64,000 bases of DNA, from NCBI GenBank assembly GCA_964270895.1, contig OZ185441.1; one strand, 5' to 3'. The notes below the pieces were generated by a model. The model searched no databases and was not told where the DNA came from. It was given only the letters and a program-made list of their open reading frames with translations. A program made the position numbers and the translations under genes. Shown here piece by piece: positions 61,699 to 64,000 of this stretch (position 1 is its first letter; each line of letters begins with the position of its first letter). This DNA comes from Podarcis filfolensis. Its lineage: Eukaryota.

Positions 61699-63705
61699 TA
61701 TAGATTTCACTTAAGTGGAAATATAAAAATGACATGCAACACTCAAAATATTAACCCTTTCAAGCATATGTACTTTGGTATTGCCAAAATAATTTGAAAT
61801 GCAAGAATGAGACTAGAAATAAAGTTCAAAATCTGAAGTTTCAAGCTACTCAAAAAAATGAATTAACAGAAGAAGAAAAAATTACCTCACTGATGAGATA
61901 AAAGGTGATTTAAGATTTTTATAGTACCATATGCAAAGAGTATATTGTGGGTGATCTTATCAAAGAACAGCAAGAAAAATAGATGCCACCAAACAAGGCA
62001 ATGTCTCTTTTAGAGACTTTTTAAGCTAACCAAAAAGGAGTGTTTATTAGAGAGTCTCAGAATTTTTCCCAACCACCACCACCACTTGAAAAGGTTAAAA
62101 AACAATCTTAAACTTCTGTAAAGTTTGCTAATCCAACCCCTTCATTTAAACAAACATATAGGACTTGCTTTGATTTTTAAAAGCTTGTGGCAAAGTTGCT
62201 TAACTGAAAATTTTTGTAGTCAGACAACGTTCTAAAAAAAGATTTTTGAAGGAGAATGTTCCTTACCAAAATGCTTTCCCTCCAATTGGCCTAAAATTGT
62301 CTAAAGCCAGTACTCTCCAGTTCTCTCATACAATTAAAATTTTAAGTCAGGTAATCAAGCTAAATATCCAAGAGTCAAATATACATGGAAAATAAGGATT
62401 TTTTCATCTTAACATAGAAATAACCTTAGAAAGGAAAAAGGGAGTGATTTAAGAAAAGTCAGAGGTTGAATATACGTACATGCACATAATGCATTTAACA
62501 TATGAGTCTTCATTTGTATTGATAAACTTTTTAAGAACAAATCCCTCGTCTTTCCTCCTTGCTCTCTTTTTCCTTCTGGTATCTGTCATTTCATTCTCTT
62601 CCTTCATTTCAAAACTAATCTCCACATAGTTCTCTTCACCCCCCCCCCTCTTTTGCTCTACAGCCCAATTCCTAACAACTTTTCTTTTTATCTCCCATGA
62701 ACCATCTATTCGGACTAATGATGGGCCAAAAATCATCTCCCACCCTAATGGTAGTGTTCATGCCCCATGAAAAGGTTTTGGGGGATATTTTCTGCAACCT
62801 TTGGGGCTGGTAAGGCAAATTCAACCAATTGAGAAAGGCCTCCCTCTAGGATATGAGGTGGTGGAGGGTTCCTTATGCTTCAAAAGAAAAAAGTTTATCA
62901 AGAAACAAAGGTGGTTTCCTTCTGCTTGAAACAGAGCTACAATTGACCGTCTGTTGATAGGTCCTATAAAATGCTAAATAGGAATGACTAAATCATGATG
63001 AGCAATTGTGTTCACTGCTTCAAACAGCAGTAAAAAAATCTTCCATTTGAACAAAAAGGTAGTTGTGATAACGTTTTCCTTCATACTGATATCAGTAATT
63101 TTCAGTCTCTCTCCCACTTCTGTGCTTGTATGAATTTTACTGCCATTGTTTACACCAGAACTATGCCTTTGGGTTAGGGAAAGGGGGGATACACTTGGCG
63201 GGGGGGGCCTAATTTTTTTTAAAAAAAGATGAACAAATAGTAAAAGCATTAAGGAAACCCTCAGACACCTCAATATTGTATAGGGAAGCCCTCTTGCCCC
63301 CCAAAATGCATCCAATATGCCACCCGCCTCAAAAGACAACTCTGGCTGTTCTAAGTCCACCCATTCCCCATCCCCAAGATCACTGGAGGGAAATGGGCCA
63401 AATAGGTCAAACTTAAGTACATTTAAAACAGCTTTTAGAGATGAAGCGTAGACTAGAGGATCGTGTAAACCTTCTCCCCACCACCTTCTGCATAAATTCC
63501 TCTTCTCTCCTCCTTCCAGCTTTGGAATTACATGCGGCCATTGCCAATCCAAGTTAAGATGAAACCAAGCATGTAATAAACTCATTCCAAGAACCCTAAT
63601 GGTTTCGTCTCTCTTTTAATGTAGAAACTGAAGACAAAGTGTGTGCACTCGAAGAGGTAGGAGGAGGATGCATGTGATCCTGCAGCCTGCACTCAAAACC
63701 TAAAC

Positions 63706-63945
63706 CAGGAGTTGGCAAGGTTACCGGACGATGGGCCAGTCCACGCTCCATCCGTCGGAGGATGGGCCGGAGCGTGTGTGCACGCGCACTCTTCTGGGTC
63801 AGAGGAGAGCCTGTGTGCCATCAATCCGGAAGTTGGTCCCCGTGCCGCACTGGTAAGAGCGGGCAGTGGCAGGGGTCGCCATGGGCCAGTTAGACAAGCC
63901 CCATGGGCCGCTACCGGCCCATAGGCCTTAGGTTGCCGACCCCTG
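63706..63945. mobile_element. hAT MITE (240 bp) with perfect 8-bp TSD
   Basis: caggagttggcaa / ttgccgacccctg, acctaaac at 63698-63705 and 63946-63953. Confidence 0.9.
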
Positions 63946-64000
63946 ACCTAAACCCTAGCTTCAACGTTATGTCTGAACCATGTCTCAAGAATGATGACAA

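Overview
This is vertebrate genomic DNA, most likely from a lacertid lizard (inferred from its Sauria/Squam1-type SINEs). It holds two intron-rich genes in tandem on the minus strand. RRM2B (p53R2, ribonucleotide reductase small subunit) is complete: 9 coding exons at 2791-12173, 357 aa, with a CpG-island promoter at about 11.8-12.45 kb. UBR5 (HECT E3 ligase) is present from exon 9 to exon 59 by human numbering (19936-61542). Exons 10-59 join in frame over 7299 nt, exon 9 is cut by a 156-N assembly gap, and I did not find exons 1-8 in the window. Introns and the intergenic region carry SINEs, LINE fragments (L1, CR1, L2), Tc1/mariner and hAT MITEs, and microsatellites. I see no CRISPR array, tRNA or rRNA gene, or convincing snoRNA, and nothing I can call a new biological system. 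The best leads are modest: an inverted SINE pair flanking UBR5 exons 15-19 (possible circRNA or editing), a plus-strand splice donor behind the RRM2B promoter (possible divergent lncRNA), no consensus p53 element in RRM2B intron 1, an RRM2-like Cys at the human Tyr164 position, a GC-AG intron with several tandem acceptors in UBR5, and an unexplained 203-codon ORF in UBR5 intron 8. Exon boundaries were derived by hand. Human comparisons are from recall and should be verified by alignment.
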